From the NCBI GenBank assembly GCA_013374855.1, contig CP055308.1, forward strand, positions 16,358 through 80,357: a stretch of 64,000 bases of DNA. Reading direction: 5' to 3'. Under the pieces are notes generated by a model that worked only from the letters and a program-made list of their open reading frames with translations, had not been told where the DNA came from and ran no database searches. Position numbers and translations under genes: made by a program. The first letter of the stretch is position 1; each line of letters begins with the position of its first letter. The stretch comes from Candidatus Woesebacteria bacterium (GTDB taxonomy: Bacteria; Patescibacteriota; Microgenomatia; UBA8517). This document shows, in pieces, positions 10,822-19,327 of this stretch.

Positions 10822-12810
10822 ATGGAAAAACATTTCACCAAAGCCTTATTTATTTCGTATCTTACTCTCTTATTTTTTCTTCCAATAACAGTAGTTCCCA
10901 TAACTTCTGAGATATTTGAGTTTAACAAAATCGTTCTTGTTTATCTGGCAACTGCAGTTATAACCTCACTTTGGCTGGCAAGAATGATATCTGAAAAAAA
11001 AATTATCTTCAAAAAAACAATCCTTGATTTGCCAATTTTAGCATTCATAATCGCAAATCTTGCTTCTACCACATTTTCTATTGACCGAAATATGTCTATT
11101 TTTGGATATTATTCAAGATTCAATGGTGGAGTTCTTTCTCTAATATCATATTCACTCCTTTATTTTGCTTTTGTCTCAAACTTAGACAAAAAGCAAACAA
11201 TCTTGATACTAAAAACAATAGTTGCCTCAACTATTCTTGTCTTAACCTATGCAATTCTCCAAAAACTAGGGATAGACAAAAACATTTGGATTCAGGATGT
11301 GCAAGCAAGAGTTTTTTCAACTTTCGGTCAGCCAAATTGGCTTGCTGCTTTTTTAGTCATAACCTTTCCAGTAGTTATTGCTTTTTCTTTCAAAGAACTA
11401 AAAAAACAAAAATATTACCTTGCTCTGTCTCTCATGTACTTTCTTGTGATTTTGTTTACAAAATCAAGATCGGGTCTGATTGGTTTTATGGTTGCCAACA
11501 CAACATTTTGGATTAAATCAGCAATTTGTCACAAAGAAGCAGTAAAACCAAAATTAATTATCACATATCACCTTTTGCTTGCATTAATAATCATTATCAT
11601 AGGAACTCCTTGGACCCCTTCAATCGCAAAATTCTTCCAAAGAAAAAGCACAATTCAAGAAACCAAAACTACTACATCGCTTGAAACAGGTGGAACAGAA
11701 TCGGGAGAAATAAGAAAGATAGTCTGGAAAGGAGCGATCGAGATTTGGAGAAATAGCCCTATTTTTGGTACAGGCCCTGAAACTTTTGCTCTTTCCTATT
11801 TTAAATTCAAACCAAAAGAACATAATCTAACATCAGAATGGGATTTTGTTTACAATAAAGCACATAATGAATATCTAAACTATCTTGCAAACACCGGAGT
11901 TATTGGATTTTTCTCTTATCTTCTAATAATATCAGTTTCTTTGATCATAATGGCAAAAACTAGCAAAAAAGAAAATCTCCTTAAAAGTGCTCTTCTATCC
12001 GGCTATCTTGGATTCCTTATTACAAATATATTTGGTTTTTCCGTTGTTACAACAAACCTTTTATTCTTCCTCTTCCCTGCTTTTGCCACAACTATTGACA
12101 AGGAACCAGAAAAAGAAAAAAAAGAAACTAGAAGCAATCCCTTACTTTTAGTAATATTGCTAATCTCAAGTCTGCTTATTATCCAAATAATAAAATATTG
12201 GCAATCGGATATTCTGTACAATCAGGGAAAAAGTCTAAACAAAAGCAAGAATTACTTTGAGGCAAAAAACAACCTAGAAGAGGCTATTAAGAAAAGCCCA
12301 TACCAGCCCATTTATTACGAAGAGATATCGCGGTCAAGTATTGGAATGGCTCTTGTTGCTTATGAACAAAAAAAAGAAAATCTAGTAACCCAATTTGTAA
12401 ACGATGCAATAAAACAAATCAATACTGCTATAAAAATATCCCCCAATAATTTCTTCTTCAGAAAAACTTATTCTTCCATAGTAATTCAGCTTTCACTAAT
12501 TGACCCAAATTATCAAGATGACGCCGAAAAAGCTTTGGCCAACCTTTCAGAATTTGCACCTACTGATCCTAAAATCTACTACAACTTAGGACTTCTTTAT
12601 GCAAGAAAAGGAGAGTGGCAAAAAGCAAAAGAGATGCTGACAAAAAGCATTGATCTTAAGCCAACCTACAAAGAACCAAGATTGGCTATTGCTACTGTTT
12701 ACAAAAAGTTAAGTGAAAAGAAAAAAGCCCAAGAAGAGCTTCTATTTATTTTAGAAAAAATAGACCCCAACGACACTATTGCAAAAAGAGAGTTGGAAGA
12801 AACTAAATAG
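10822..12810 (+). CDS. polytopic membrane protein with O-antigen ligase/polymerase (Wzy_C) domain fused to C-terminal TPR repeats
   Basis: 662 aa; about 10 predicted TM helices, Wzy_C-like TKSRSGLIGF motif, C-terminal TPR-like repeats (YYNLGLLYARKGEWQKAKEML). Confidence 0.75.
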   Translation: MEKHFTKALFISYLTLLFFLPITVVPITSEIFEFNKIVLVYLATAVITSLWLARMISEKKIIFKKTILDLPILAFIIANLASTTFSIDRNMSIFGYYSRFNGGVLSLISYSLLYFAFVSNLDKKQTILILKTIVASTILVLTYAILQKLGIDKNIWIQDVQARVFSTFGQPNWLAAFLVITFPVVIAFSFKELKKQKYYLALSLMYFLVILFTKSRSGLIGFMVANTTFWIKSAICHKEAVKPKLIITYHLLLALIIIIIGTPWTPSIAKFFQRKSTIQETKTTTSLETGGTESGEIRKIVWKGAIEIWRNSPIFGTGPETFALSYFKFKPKEHNLTSEWDFVYNKAHNEYLNYLANTGVIGFFSYLLIISVSLIIMAKTSKKENLLKSALLSGYLGFLITNIFGFSVVTTNLLFFLFPAFATTIDKEPEKEKKETRSNPLLLVILLISSLLIIQIIKYWQSDILYNQGKSLNKSKNYFEAKNNLEEAIKKSPYQPIYYEEISRSSIGMALVAYEQKKENLVTQFVNDAIKQINTAIKISPNNFFFRKTYSSIVIQLSLIDPNYQDDAEKALANLSEFAPTDPKIYYNLGLLYARKGEWQKAKEMLTKSIDLKPTYKEPRLAIATVYKKLSEKKKAQEELLFILEKIDPNDTIAKRELEETK

Positions 12811-12835
12811 CTTCAAATTCTGCTATAATAGGCTA

Positions 12836-13363
12836 ATGATTCTAAAAATTGTTGACTCAAAACATCCTGCTCTTCGGCAAAAAGCAAAAGAAATAAAAAA
12901 AATAGACAAAAAAATCAAAAAGTTGGCACAAGATTTAATCGATACACTTGAAGCGCAAAAGGACCCGGAAGGAGTTGGTCTTGCTGCTTGTCAAGTTGGA
13001 AAACCGCTTTCTATGTTTGCCTTTTTGGATAAAGACAATAAAATTAAAATCGTTATCAACCCTAAATTAATCTCTTGCAAAAAAACAGTACCCCAAAAGC
13101 AAAAGAAAAAAGACAAAATCTTAGAAGGTTGTCTTTCACTACCAAACTTTTATGGAAATGTAAAAAGACCAGTCAAGCTGCTACTCGAGTACCAAGATCT
13201 AGAAGGAAAGAAAAGAAGAGAAACTTTCACAGGCTTTCAAGCACACATTATCGCCCATGAGATAGACCACCTGAACGGGATTTTATTTACAGATCACATT
13301 CTTAAAGAGAAAAAACCTCTTTTTGAATACAAAAACGGAGAATGGGAAAAAGTAGAAATATAA
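12836..13363 (+). CDS. def: peptide deformylase
   Basis: PDF motifs GVGLAACQVG, EGCLSLP, HEIDHLNG. Start chosen at MILKIVDS; the ORF-track start at 12779 overlaps the upstream gene. Confidence 0.9.
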   Translation: MILKIVDSKHPALRQKAKEIKKIDKKIKKLAQDLIDTLEAQKDPEGVGLAACQVGKPLSMFAFLDKDNKIKIVINPKLISCKKTVPQKQKKKDKILEGCLSLPNFYGNVKRPVKLLLEYQDLEGKKRRETFTGFQAHIIAHEIDHLNGILFTDHILKEKKPLFEYKNGEWEKVEI

Positions 13364-14325
13364 AAAGTACAAAAATTGTCTTCTTTGGAACACCAGATTA
13401 TGTAGTTCCTATTCTTGAGGTGCTTTACAAGTACTTTAAGACAAAAGAAAACGAAAATCCAATAGCAGCTGTTGCAACACAACCCCCATCTCCAGCTGGA
13501 CGAGAAAAAAAACTTACCTACTCTCCAGTTGACAAATGGGCATATAGCAAAAAAATACCAGTTTTTTATGATCTGAAAAAACTTAAAGAGAGTGATATTG
13601 AAAAACAATTAGGAATACTAGCCTCTTTCAGTAAAATAATTCCCAAAGAAGTAATTGATATTTTTCCAAAAGGAATCTTGAATATTCACCCCTCTTTGCT
13701 TCCCAAATACCGCGGCGCATCTCCTGTACAAGCTGCAATTGCATCAGGAGATAAAGAAACCGGAGTTTCAATCATTAAACTTGACAACATTCTTGATCAT
13801 GGAGATATAGTTTGTCAATTCAAAGAGAAAATAGAAGAAAATGACACTACAGAAACTTTAAGAAAAAGGCTTTTTGAGAAAAGTGCTCAAGTCTTGCTCG
13901 AACTTCTGCCTGCTTATTTAGATGGAAAAATAAATCTCAAAAAACAGAACGACAAAGAAGCTGTTTTTTGCAAAGAAATTAAAAAAGACTGGGCTTTTAT
14001 TGATTCCTCTATTCTTGCTCCACTCTTGCAAGGAAAATCTCCAAGAGAAAAAACTATAGAAATCCAATTTATAGTAAACAAAAAAATAAGCGCAAATTCA
14101 AAAAATGTAAATAATCTGATTAGAGCTATGTACCCATGGCCATGTGTTTGGACTTTAGTTAGGCTTACACCACAAGATTCCAATCCGAAAAGACTCAAAA
14201 TAATCAAAAGCCACCTAGAAGAAAAAAGATTAGTTTTAGACGAAGTGCAACTTGAAGGAAAAAATAAAGTAAGCTGGGAACAATTCAGAGAGGGCTATCC
14301 CCAAAACAGCCTTCTAGATTATTGA
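13342..14325 (+). CDS. fmt: methionyl-tRNA formyltransferase
   Basis: 327 aa; formyltransferase motif NIHPSLLPKYRGASPVQAAI; def-fmt pairing; ends with TGA. Confidence 0.9.
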   Translation: MGKSRNIKSTKIVFFGTPDYVVPILEVLYKYFKTKENENPIAAVATQPPSPAGREKKLTYSPVDKWAYSKKIPVFYDLKKLKESDIEKQLGILASFSKIIPKEVIDIFPKGILNIHPSLLPKYRGASPVQAAIASGDKETGVSIIKLDNILDHGDIVCQFKEKIEENDTTETLRKRLFEKSAQVLLELLPAYLDGKINLKKQNDKEAVFCKEIKKDWAFIDSSILAPLLQGKSPREKTIEIQFIVNKKISANSKNVNNLIRAMYPWPCVWTLVRLTPQDSNPKRLKIIKSHLEEKRLVLDEVQLEGKNKVSWEQFREGYPQNSLLDY

Positions 14326-14565
14326 GATACTCTTATAGTCCCCTATAGATTTGTATTTTTTAATTCTTTTAATACACTTTGCACAAAGCCTCATTTTCTT
14401 TTCCTTGTCATTTAACAAAACAGTTACTTTTTGCAAATTAACCCTAAAAAGTCTTGGTGTTTTAGTAGTCTTTTTTCTCCAACGTCTACCTGCCACTCCA
14501 CGCTTGTGAGTGTGCGAGCGGCCAACTACATTTCCCTTTTTGCAAATTTGACAAATATAAGACAT
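14314..14565 (-). CDS. rpmB: 50S ribosomal protein L28
   Basis: About 84 aa, basic; MSYICQICKKGNVVGRSHTHKRGVAGRRW…NLQKV matches the L28 pattern (CxxC…SH…NLQKV). Confidence 0.75.
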   Translation of the reverse strand: MSYICQICKKGNVVGRSHTHKRGVAGRRWRKKTTKTPRLFRVNLQKVTVLLNDKEKKMRLCAKCIKRIKKYKSIGDYKSISII

Positions 14566-14605
14566 AATATTAAAGCACAATAGATTATACAGTAAAAAAA
14601 GTCAA

Positions 14606-15235
14606 ATGTTAACACTTTATAAAATAATTGCTTTCCTGATAGCCTTGAGTGTTCACGAGGCAGCACATGCATGGACTGCCAACAGACTTGGTGATCCAAC
14701 AGCAAAACTTGAGGGAAGAGTTAGTCTAAACCCATTAAAACACCTTGACCTTTACGGAACTATAATTGTACCCCTATTTCTGATTTTTATCGGCTCACCC
14801 TTCGTTTTTGGCTGGGCAAAACCCGTAATGTTTGACCCTTTTAACCTCAAAAACCCAAGAAAAGACACAGCGCTAATTTCTCTATCTGGTCCTCTGGCTA
14901 ACTTCTTAACAGCAATCACCTTTTCCCTTGTAATAAACTCAATACCCACAGGACCACTTCTACCTCTTATTTACCTTATTATCCTAATAAACATAGTGCT
15001 TGGCGTATTTAATCTTATACCCATTCACCCGCTTGATGGAGGAAAAATACTTGTTGGCATACTTCCTGAAAAGGAAGCAGAAGAGGCAGACAGATTCTTA
15101 AATAGATATGGCTTAATCATCCTTTTTGCCTTGATTTTCTTTTCTTTTCGAGGAGTAACTCCTCTTTCTGCCTTTTTGGGAACAGCAGTCAATTTTTTTG
15201 TCAAAATACTAATACCCCAAGGAAATTTGATATAG
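14606..15235 (+). CDS. site-2 protease family (M50B/SpoIVFB-like) membrane metalloprotease
   Basis: 209 aa; HEAAHAW zinc motif and NLIPIHPLDGG LDG motif in a multi-TM protein. Confidence 0.85.
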   Translation: MLTLYKIIAFLIALSVHEAAHAWTANRLGDPTAKLEGRVSLNPLKHLDLYGTIIVPLFLIFIGSPFVFGWAKPVMFDPFNLKNPRKDTALISLSGPLANFLTAITFSLVINSIPTGPLLPLIYLIILINIVLGVFNLIPIHPLDGGKILVGILPEKEAEEADRFLNRYGLIILFALIFFSFRGVTPLSAFLGTAVNFFVKILIPQGNLI

Positions 15236-15591
15236 ATAGACCTCTTTTGCCCTCTTGATATTATTGGTATAATAACAATGACCCTGCTTTACAGGGAAGT
15301 TCCGGGGAAGCTTTTTCCTCACCAGCTTTCTTGAAGGGAGGGCAAATTGCCCTATTTCAAAGTAGATAGGGTTGAGCCCACCCACCTGGATTAATCCGGG
15401 GAAAAATTCAACCGGAATCCCCAAAGCGGGGTCGCTCTTTTGTAAAACTCTTAATCTTTATCTCCTACTCTGCTATAATTTACAATGTCTCCCTTGATTT
15501 AAAGGTTTCAGTAAAATTGAAAACAAGAAACCAAAAGTTTACAATCTAAAGACAAAGGTGCAATCATTACAAAAAGCACTTTTATGATCTT

Positions 15592-15663
15592 GCCGGGGTA
15601 ACTCAGCGGCAGAGTAGCTGTTTTGTAAACAGCAAGTCGTGGGTTCGAATCCCACCTCCGGCT
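15592..15663 (+). tRNA. tRNA-Thr (anticodon TGT)
   Basis: Cloverleaf read by eye: acceptor GCCGGGG/CTCCGGC, anticodon arm GCTGT-TTTGTAA-ACAGC, T arm GTGGG-TTCGAAT-CCCAC. Confidence 0.85.
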
Positions 15664-15671
15664 CAAAACTT

Positions 15672-15756
15672 GCTGGGGTGGCGGAGTGGACAAACGCAAC
15701 AGTCTGTAAAACTGTCGCCCGAACGGGCTACCCAGGTTCGAATCCTGGCCCCAGCA
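15672..15756 (+). tRNA. tRNA-Tyr (anticodon GTA), long variable arm
   Basis: Acceptor GCTGGGG/CCCCAGC, anticodon arm ACAGT-CTGTAAA-ACTGT, long variable arm CGCCCGAACGGGC, T loop GGTTCGAATCC. Confidence 0.85.
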
Positions 15757-15805
15757 CAAAAAGAAACACAAACACCACCAACAATATCCTTTCTTTTTCA
15801 AACAA

Positions 15806-16852
15806 ATGAAAATAACCACGCTTGATTATCAACTCCCCTACTCTCTTATAGCAAACAAACCCGCCTCCCCACGAGACAGTTGCAAACTAATGGTTATCGA
15901 CAGAAAAAACAAAACTATAAACCACTACAAATTCAGCCAGATTGACAAGTTTTTCAAAAAGGGAGATTTTCTAGTTTTCAACAAAACAAAGGTCTTCCCC
16001 GCACGACTATTTGCCAAAAAAGAAACTGGAGGGAAACTCGAAATCCTTTTTCTGGAAGAAGAATCGCCTTGCCTTTGGCATGTCCTAACAAAACCGGGTT
16101 TCAAAGAAGGACAAAAAGCAATTTTTAAAAACCTTAAAATAAAATCCATAAAGCAAGAAAAAGACTACACAAAAATAAAGGTAAATTTGCCAAAAGAAAA
16201 GGTTATAAAATTTTTAGAAAAATATGGAAAGACTCCCCTTCCCCCATATATAAAGACAAAAGAAAATGAAAACAAACTAAGAAAAAATTATCAAACAATA
16301 TATGCCCAAGAAATAGGTTCAGCAGCAGCACCAACCGCAGGTCTTCACTTTACAAAAAGGATAATAGAAAAGCTCAAAAGAAAAGGAGTCAAAATCAGAT
16401 ACCTTACATTGCATATTGGTATAGGAACATTTGCTCCAATCAAAGTCAAGGATATTAAAGACCATCAAATGCATTCTGAATATTTTGAAATAGACAGAAA
16501 AACAGCTCAGGAAATATTCAGAGCAAAAACACAAGGAAAAAGAATTGTTGCTGTCGGCACAACCACAACAAGAGTGCTTGAAACTCTGGCAAAAGATAAA
16601 GGTCAAACATCAGGAAAAACAAATATCTTTATATACCCACCTTACAAATTTGAACTTACCAATTGTTTAATAACCAACTTTCATTTGCCAAGAACCACTC
16701 TTTTGGCAATGATATCTGCTTTTGTTTCCTATCCTCAAACAAAAGAAAAGTTTAAAAATTTTCAAGAAAGCCTAATCGGAAAAGCATACCAAGAAGCAAT
16801 AAAAAACAAATACCGCTTTTTCTCCTTTGGTGACGCTTGTTTAATTTCATAA
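15806..16852 (+). CDS. queA: S-adenosylmethionine:tRNA ribosyltransferase-isomerase
   Basis: 348 aa; QueA N-terminus MKITTLDYQLPYSLIANKPASPRDSCKLMV and overall length. Confidence 0.9.
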   Translation: MKITTLDYQLPYSLIANKPASPRDSCKLMVIDRKNKTINHYKFSQIDKFFKKGDFLVFNKTKVFPARLFAKKETGGKLEILFLEEESPCLWHVLTKPGFKEGQKAIFKNLKIKSIKQEKDYTKIKVNLPKEKVIKFLEKYGKTPLPPYIKTKENENKLRKNYQTIYAQEIGSAAAPTAGLHFTKRIIEKLKRKGVKIRYLTLHIGIGTFAPIKVKDIKDHQMHSEYFEIDRKTAQEIFRAKTQGKRIVAVGTTTTRVLETLAKDKGQTSGKTNIFIYPPYKFELTNCLITNFHLPRTTLLAMISAFVSYPQTKEKFKNFQESLIGKAYQEAIKNKYRFFSFGDACLIS

Positions 16853-16907
16853 TCGGACTGAAAAGAAATAAAACAATAACAACCGCATACCAAAACTACA
16901 TAAAAAA

Positions 16908-16936
16908 TTGACAAACAAAAGAACTTATACTACAAT
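16908..16936 (+). promoter_or_regulatory. near-consensus sigma70-type promoter TTGACA-17-TACAAT
   Basis: TTGACA at 16908-16913, 17-nt spacer, TACAAT at 16931-16936. A perfect Shine-Dalgarno AGGAGG (16982-16987) lies 7 nt before the ATG at 16995. Confidence 0.6.
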
Positions 16937-16994
16937 TACCCCCCAGTAAAGTGTTGGTTAGCTCTTTTAAATTTAACTATCAGGAGGTGCCAAG

Positions 16995-17195
16995 ATGGGG
17001 CCCGGAGGTAAAGACCCAGACGACAATAACACAACTGATTCGACCGCCAAAACAAGTAGTCTACCGTGGGATGTTGCAACTTGGTACGCCACAAGAAATG
17101 GTTATACAAAATCAGACGCTGAGGTAGACTGTGAAGATTCTAAAGAAGGAGTTGAGGCAGCTTGGAAAGCCGCCCGAGAAGATGCGTTAAATTGA
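16995..17195 (+). CDS. small acidic protein of unknown function (66 aa) in its own transcription unit
   Basis: Consensus promoter, strong SD, and a hairpin plus T-run terminator immediately downstream. No recognisable domain. Confidence 0.55.
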   Translation: MGPGGKDPDDNNTTDSTAKTSSLPWDVATWYATRNGYTKSDAEVDCEDSKEGVEAAWKAAREDALN

Positions 17196-17238
17196 CGTGT
17201 CAAATTGAAAAAGTAAAAAGAGACTAACCAACACCAAA

Positions 17239-17298
17239 GCAGGGGAAAACTAGAAGTGCTGCCATTGCCAAAGTTTTCCCCTGCTTTCTGTTCTTTTA
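17239..17298 (+). terminator. rho-independent terminator-like hairpin
   Basis: GCAGGGGAAAAC … GTTTTCCCCTGC stem (12 bp) followed by TTTCTGTTCTTTT. Confidence 0.55.
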
Positions 17299-17330
17299 CC
17301 AAAGTTTTCTTACCTTAAAAATAAAGAAAA

Positions 17331-18365
17331 ATGAAAAATAAAAACAATAAAGAAAAAATAACACAAAATACACTATACAAGGCTACTATGTACGACGCAG
17401 GTTTGGAATACTTAAAAATTATAAAATTAATTCCCAAAGAAAAGGCAAAAAGTATAAGAAAAATATTAATAACAAATGATTCTTTCACTAATAAGGTTGC
17501 AGGATTCCAAAGATACGCCAAAGACCTAAAAGAAGCAGAAGCAGTGTTTGCCAATTTAATCAAAATTTTAAATAAGGCTTCCAAATACCAAGGATATAAA
17601 AATTTCGCTGAAAAAATAGCCGCAGATGCCAATATACCAAATAACATCCTTAAAAACGTTATTAAGGACTCAAAGATATTGATTGATTTCCTTAATAAGA
17701 AAGTGAAATTTAAGAAAAACATACCGAAAGAATACTGGACAGAACACTATACTCAATGTGCAAGCCACTCCACCCAAACAGAATATAAAATCCCGGAAGA
17801 AATTTATTCACTTCTAAAAAAATATGATCCCGATATAGAAAAGCTAACCAAAAAGATAAAAGTAAAGGAAATAAAAGGTGATGAAAACCCTTTTTGCAGG
17901 TATGACAAAGAAAAAGACATGTGTAAAATTTTTTGTTCAAAAGGAACCCAAGCCTTACCTGGTGTTTTTACTTTTCTCCACGAATTAGGACACGCCAAAC
18001 AACATCTAACTTCAAAAAAGGAAATAGAAATATCTGGATACGAAAAGGAAAAGTATGCTCACAAATTTTCAATAAATCTTGCAGAAAAAATATTCCCCAA
18101 AGAAGAATATTTGGCATATCTATGGTTTAGAGCAAAAGAAATAATAGTAAATGGAGTGTTTGAATATATCATCTACTCCAAGCAACCGAACAAACCAAGT
18201 AAGACCTATGCAGAATTGCAAAATTTGTTTCTTGGTAAAAAAGATCAAAAAGAAAACTACTACTACTTAGTGAACAAAAACATCATTCACAAAAACGGGG
18301 AATACCTTACAAGTGCCGCTTCATTTATCCAGGCATCAAAAGAAACATATCTAAAACAATCTTAA
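17331..18365 (+). CDS. hypothetical protein with HExxH motif (putative zinc metallopeptidase-like)
   Basis: 344 aa, Lys-rich; single HELGH motif (VFTFLHELGHAKQHL) with Glu residues 20-30 aa downstream. No secure family assignment. Confidence 0.5.
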   Translation: MKNKNNKEKITQNTLYKATMYDAGLEYLKIIKLIPKEKAKSIRKILITNDSFTNKVAGFQRYAKDLKEAEAVFANLIKILNKASKYQGYKNFAEKIAADANIPNNILKNVIKDSKILIDFLNKKVKFKKNIPKEYWTEHYTQCASHSTQTEYKIPEEIYSLLKKYDPDIEKLTKKIKVKEIKGDENPFCRYDKEKDMCKIFCSKGTQALPGVFTFLHELGHAKQHLTSKKEIEISGYEKEKYAHKFSINLAEKIFPKEEYLAYLWFRAKEIIVNGVFEYIIYSKQPNKPSKTYAELQNLFLGKKDQKENYYYLVNKNIIHKNGEYLTSAASFIQASKETYLKQS

Positions 18366-18460
18366 AACTAAGCTTTAAAGCTCAAACCTGCAAAAACTGA
18401 AAAGCTATCTTGCAAAGAGAAATATCAAAAAGATATAATCAAGAAGTTGATCTCCTTCCT

Positions 18461-18533
18461 GCTGGCATAGCTCAGTCGGCAGAGCGCGAACTTGGTAAGT
18501 TCGAGGTCTCCGGTTCAATCCCGGATGCCAGCT
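18461..18533 (+). tRNA. tRNA-Thr (anticodon GGT)
   Basis: Acceptor GCTGGCA/TGCCAGC, D arm GCTC-AGTCGGCA-GAGC, anticodon arm CGAAC-TTGGTAA-GTTCG, T loop GGTTCAATCC. Confidence 0.85.
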
Positions 18534-18586
18534 CACTACCTTTAATTAGCAATTGAAAAAAACAAATCTACTGGTAAAATAACCCT

Positions 18587-18760
18587 ATGGCAAAAAAAGG
18601 AGCAAGAGAAATAGTTGGGCTTTTGTGCAAAGACTGCGGCAGACAAAACTACACCACAACCCGCAATAAGGTTAATATGGAAAAGAAACTAGAAATAAAC
18701 AAATTCTGCCCCGGCTGCAAAAAGCACACCCTTCATAAAGAAACCACAAAATTAAAGTAA
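18587..18760 (+). CDS. rpmG: 50S ribosomal protein L33 (below the ORF-track length cutoff)
   Basis: 57 aa, MAKKGAREIVGLLCKDCGRQNYTTTRNKVNMEKKLEINKFCPGCKKHTLHKETTKLK. Cys-pair zinc ribbon and the L33 pattern NYTTT+NK…KHT.HKE. Confidence 0.85.
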   Translation: MAKKGAREIVGLLCKDCGRQNYTTTRNKVNMEKKLEINKFCPGCKKHTLHKETTKLK

Positions 18761-18790
18761 AAATAAGGTCAGACTTTTAATAAGTTACTT

Positions 18791-18819
18791 TTGACTTTTA
18801 AGTTTTAAGTTAATATAAT
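18791..18819 (+). promoter_or_regulatory. sigma70-type promoter TTGACT-17-TATAAT upstream of rplK-rplA
   Basis: TTGACT 18791-18796, 17-nt spacer, TATAAT 18814-18819. A leader of about 80 nt precedes rplK. Confidence 0.55.
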
Positions 18820-18900
18820 CAAATCACCTCCATCCGGAGGGAGACTTGAAAACAGTCGAAAGCCCCACTCTGCTTTCTTCTGTCTTTCAAGACCAGAAAT

Positions 18901-19326
18901 ATGGCAAAAAAAGTAAAAGTTGTTATTAAAGTAAACCTAAAAGGTGGTGAGGCAACGCCTGCGCCTCCTTTGGGACCCGCTTTGGGACAACACGGAGTCG
19001 CCATAATGGATTTTGTCAAAGCCTACAATGATAAAACTGCCAATATGAAAGGACAGGTAGTTCCCGCAGTCATTACCATATATGAAGACAGGTCTTTTGA
19101 CTTTGAGATAAAAAAAGCGCCCGTTGCCGATATGATTAAAAAAGAACTTGGCCTTGAAAAAGGTGCAAAACAAGCGCTTCGCGAAACTGTCGGAACATTA
19201 ACCAAAGAGCAGGTAGAAAAAATAGCCAAAGAAAAAATGGACGACCTTAATACTGACGACTTGGAAGCAGCAAAAAGAATAGTAGAAGGTACTGCCCGAT
19301 CAATGGGAGTCAAGGTTCAAGAATAA
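18901..19326 (+). CDS. rplK: 50S ribosomal protein L11
   Basis: 141 aa; PAPPLGPALGQHGVAIMDFVKAYN L11 signature. Confidence 0.95.
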   Translation: MAKKVKVVIKVNLKGGEATPAPPLGPALGQHGVAIMDFVKAYNDKTANMKGQVVPAVITIYEDRSFDFEIKKAPVADMIKKELGLEKGAKQALRETVGTLTKEQVEKIAKEKMDDLNTDDLEAAKRIVEGTARSMGVKVQE

Positions 19327-19327
19327 T

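Noticed and set aside
9604-10833. Full-length 409-aa MreB starting at 10833
   Set aside because: That start would overlap the divergently transcribed Wzy_C-TPR gene (start 10822) by 12 nt, and adds about 70 residues with no MreB counterpart. The internal Met at 10719 gives a conventional-length product.
12779-12835. Extended def start at 12779 (MQKESWKKLNSFKF…)
   Set aside because: The extra 19 residues overlap the 3' end of the upstream gene and have no PDF counterpart. MILKIVDS at 12836 matches the usual PDF N-terminus.
15236-15590. Confident identification of this interval as SRP (4.5S) RNA
   Set aside because: Only a weak, partial resemblance to the helix-8 consensus was seen, and the expected GGAA tetraloop context does not fit. 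It is left as an unassigned possible sRNA.
18761-18900. secE missing from its canonical place between rpmG and rplK (possible gene loss or unannotated tiny ORF)
   Set aside because: secE and nusG are present and intact at 27452-28269; the cluster is split rather than the genes lost. The 140-bp interval here is a promoter (TTGACT-17-TATAAT) plus the rplK leader.
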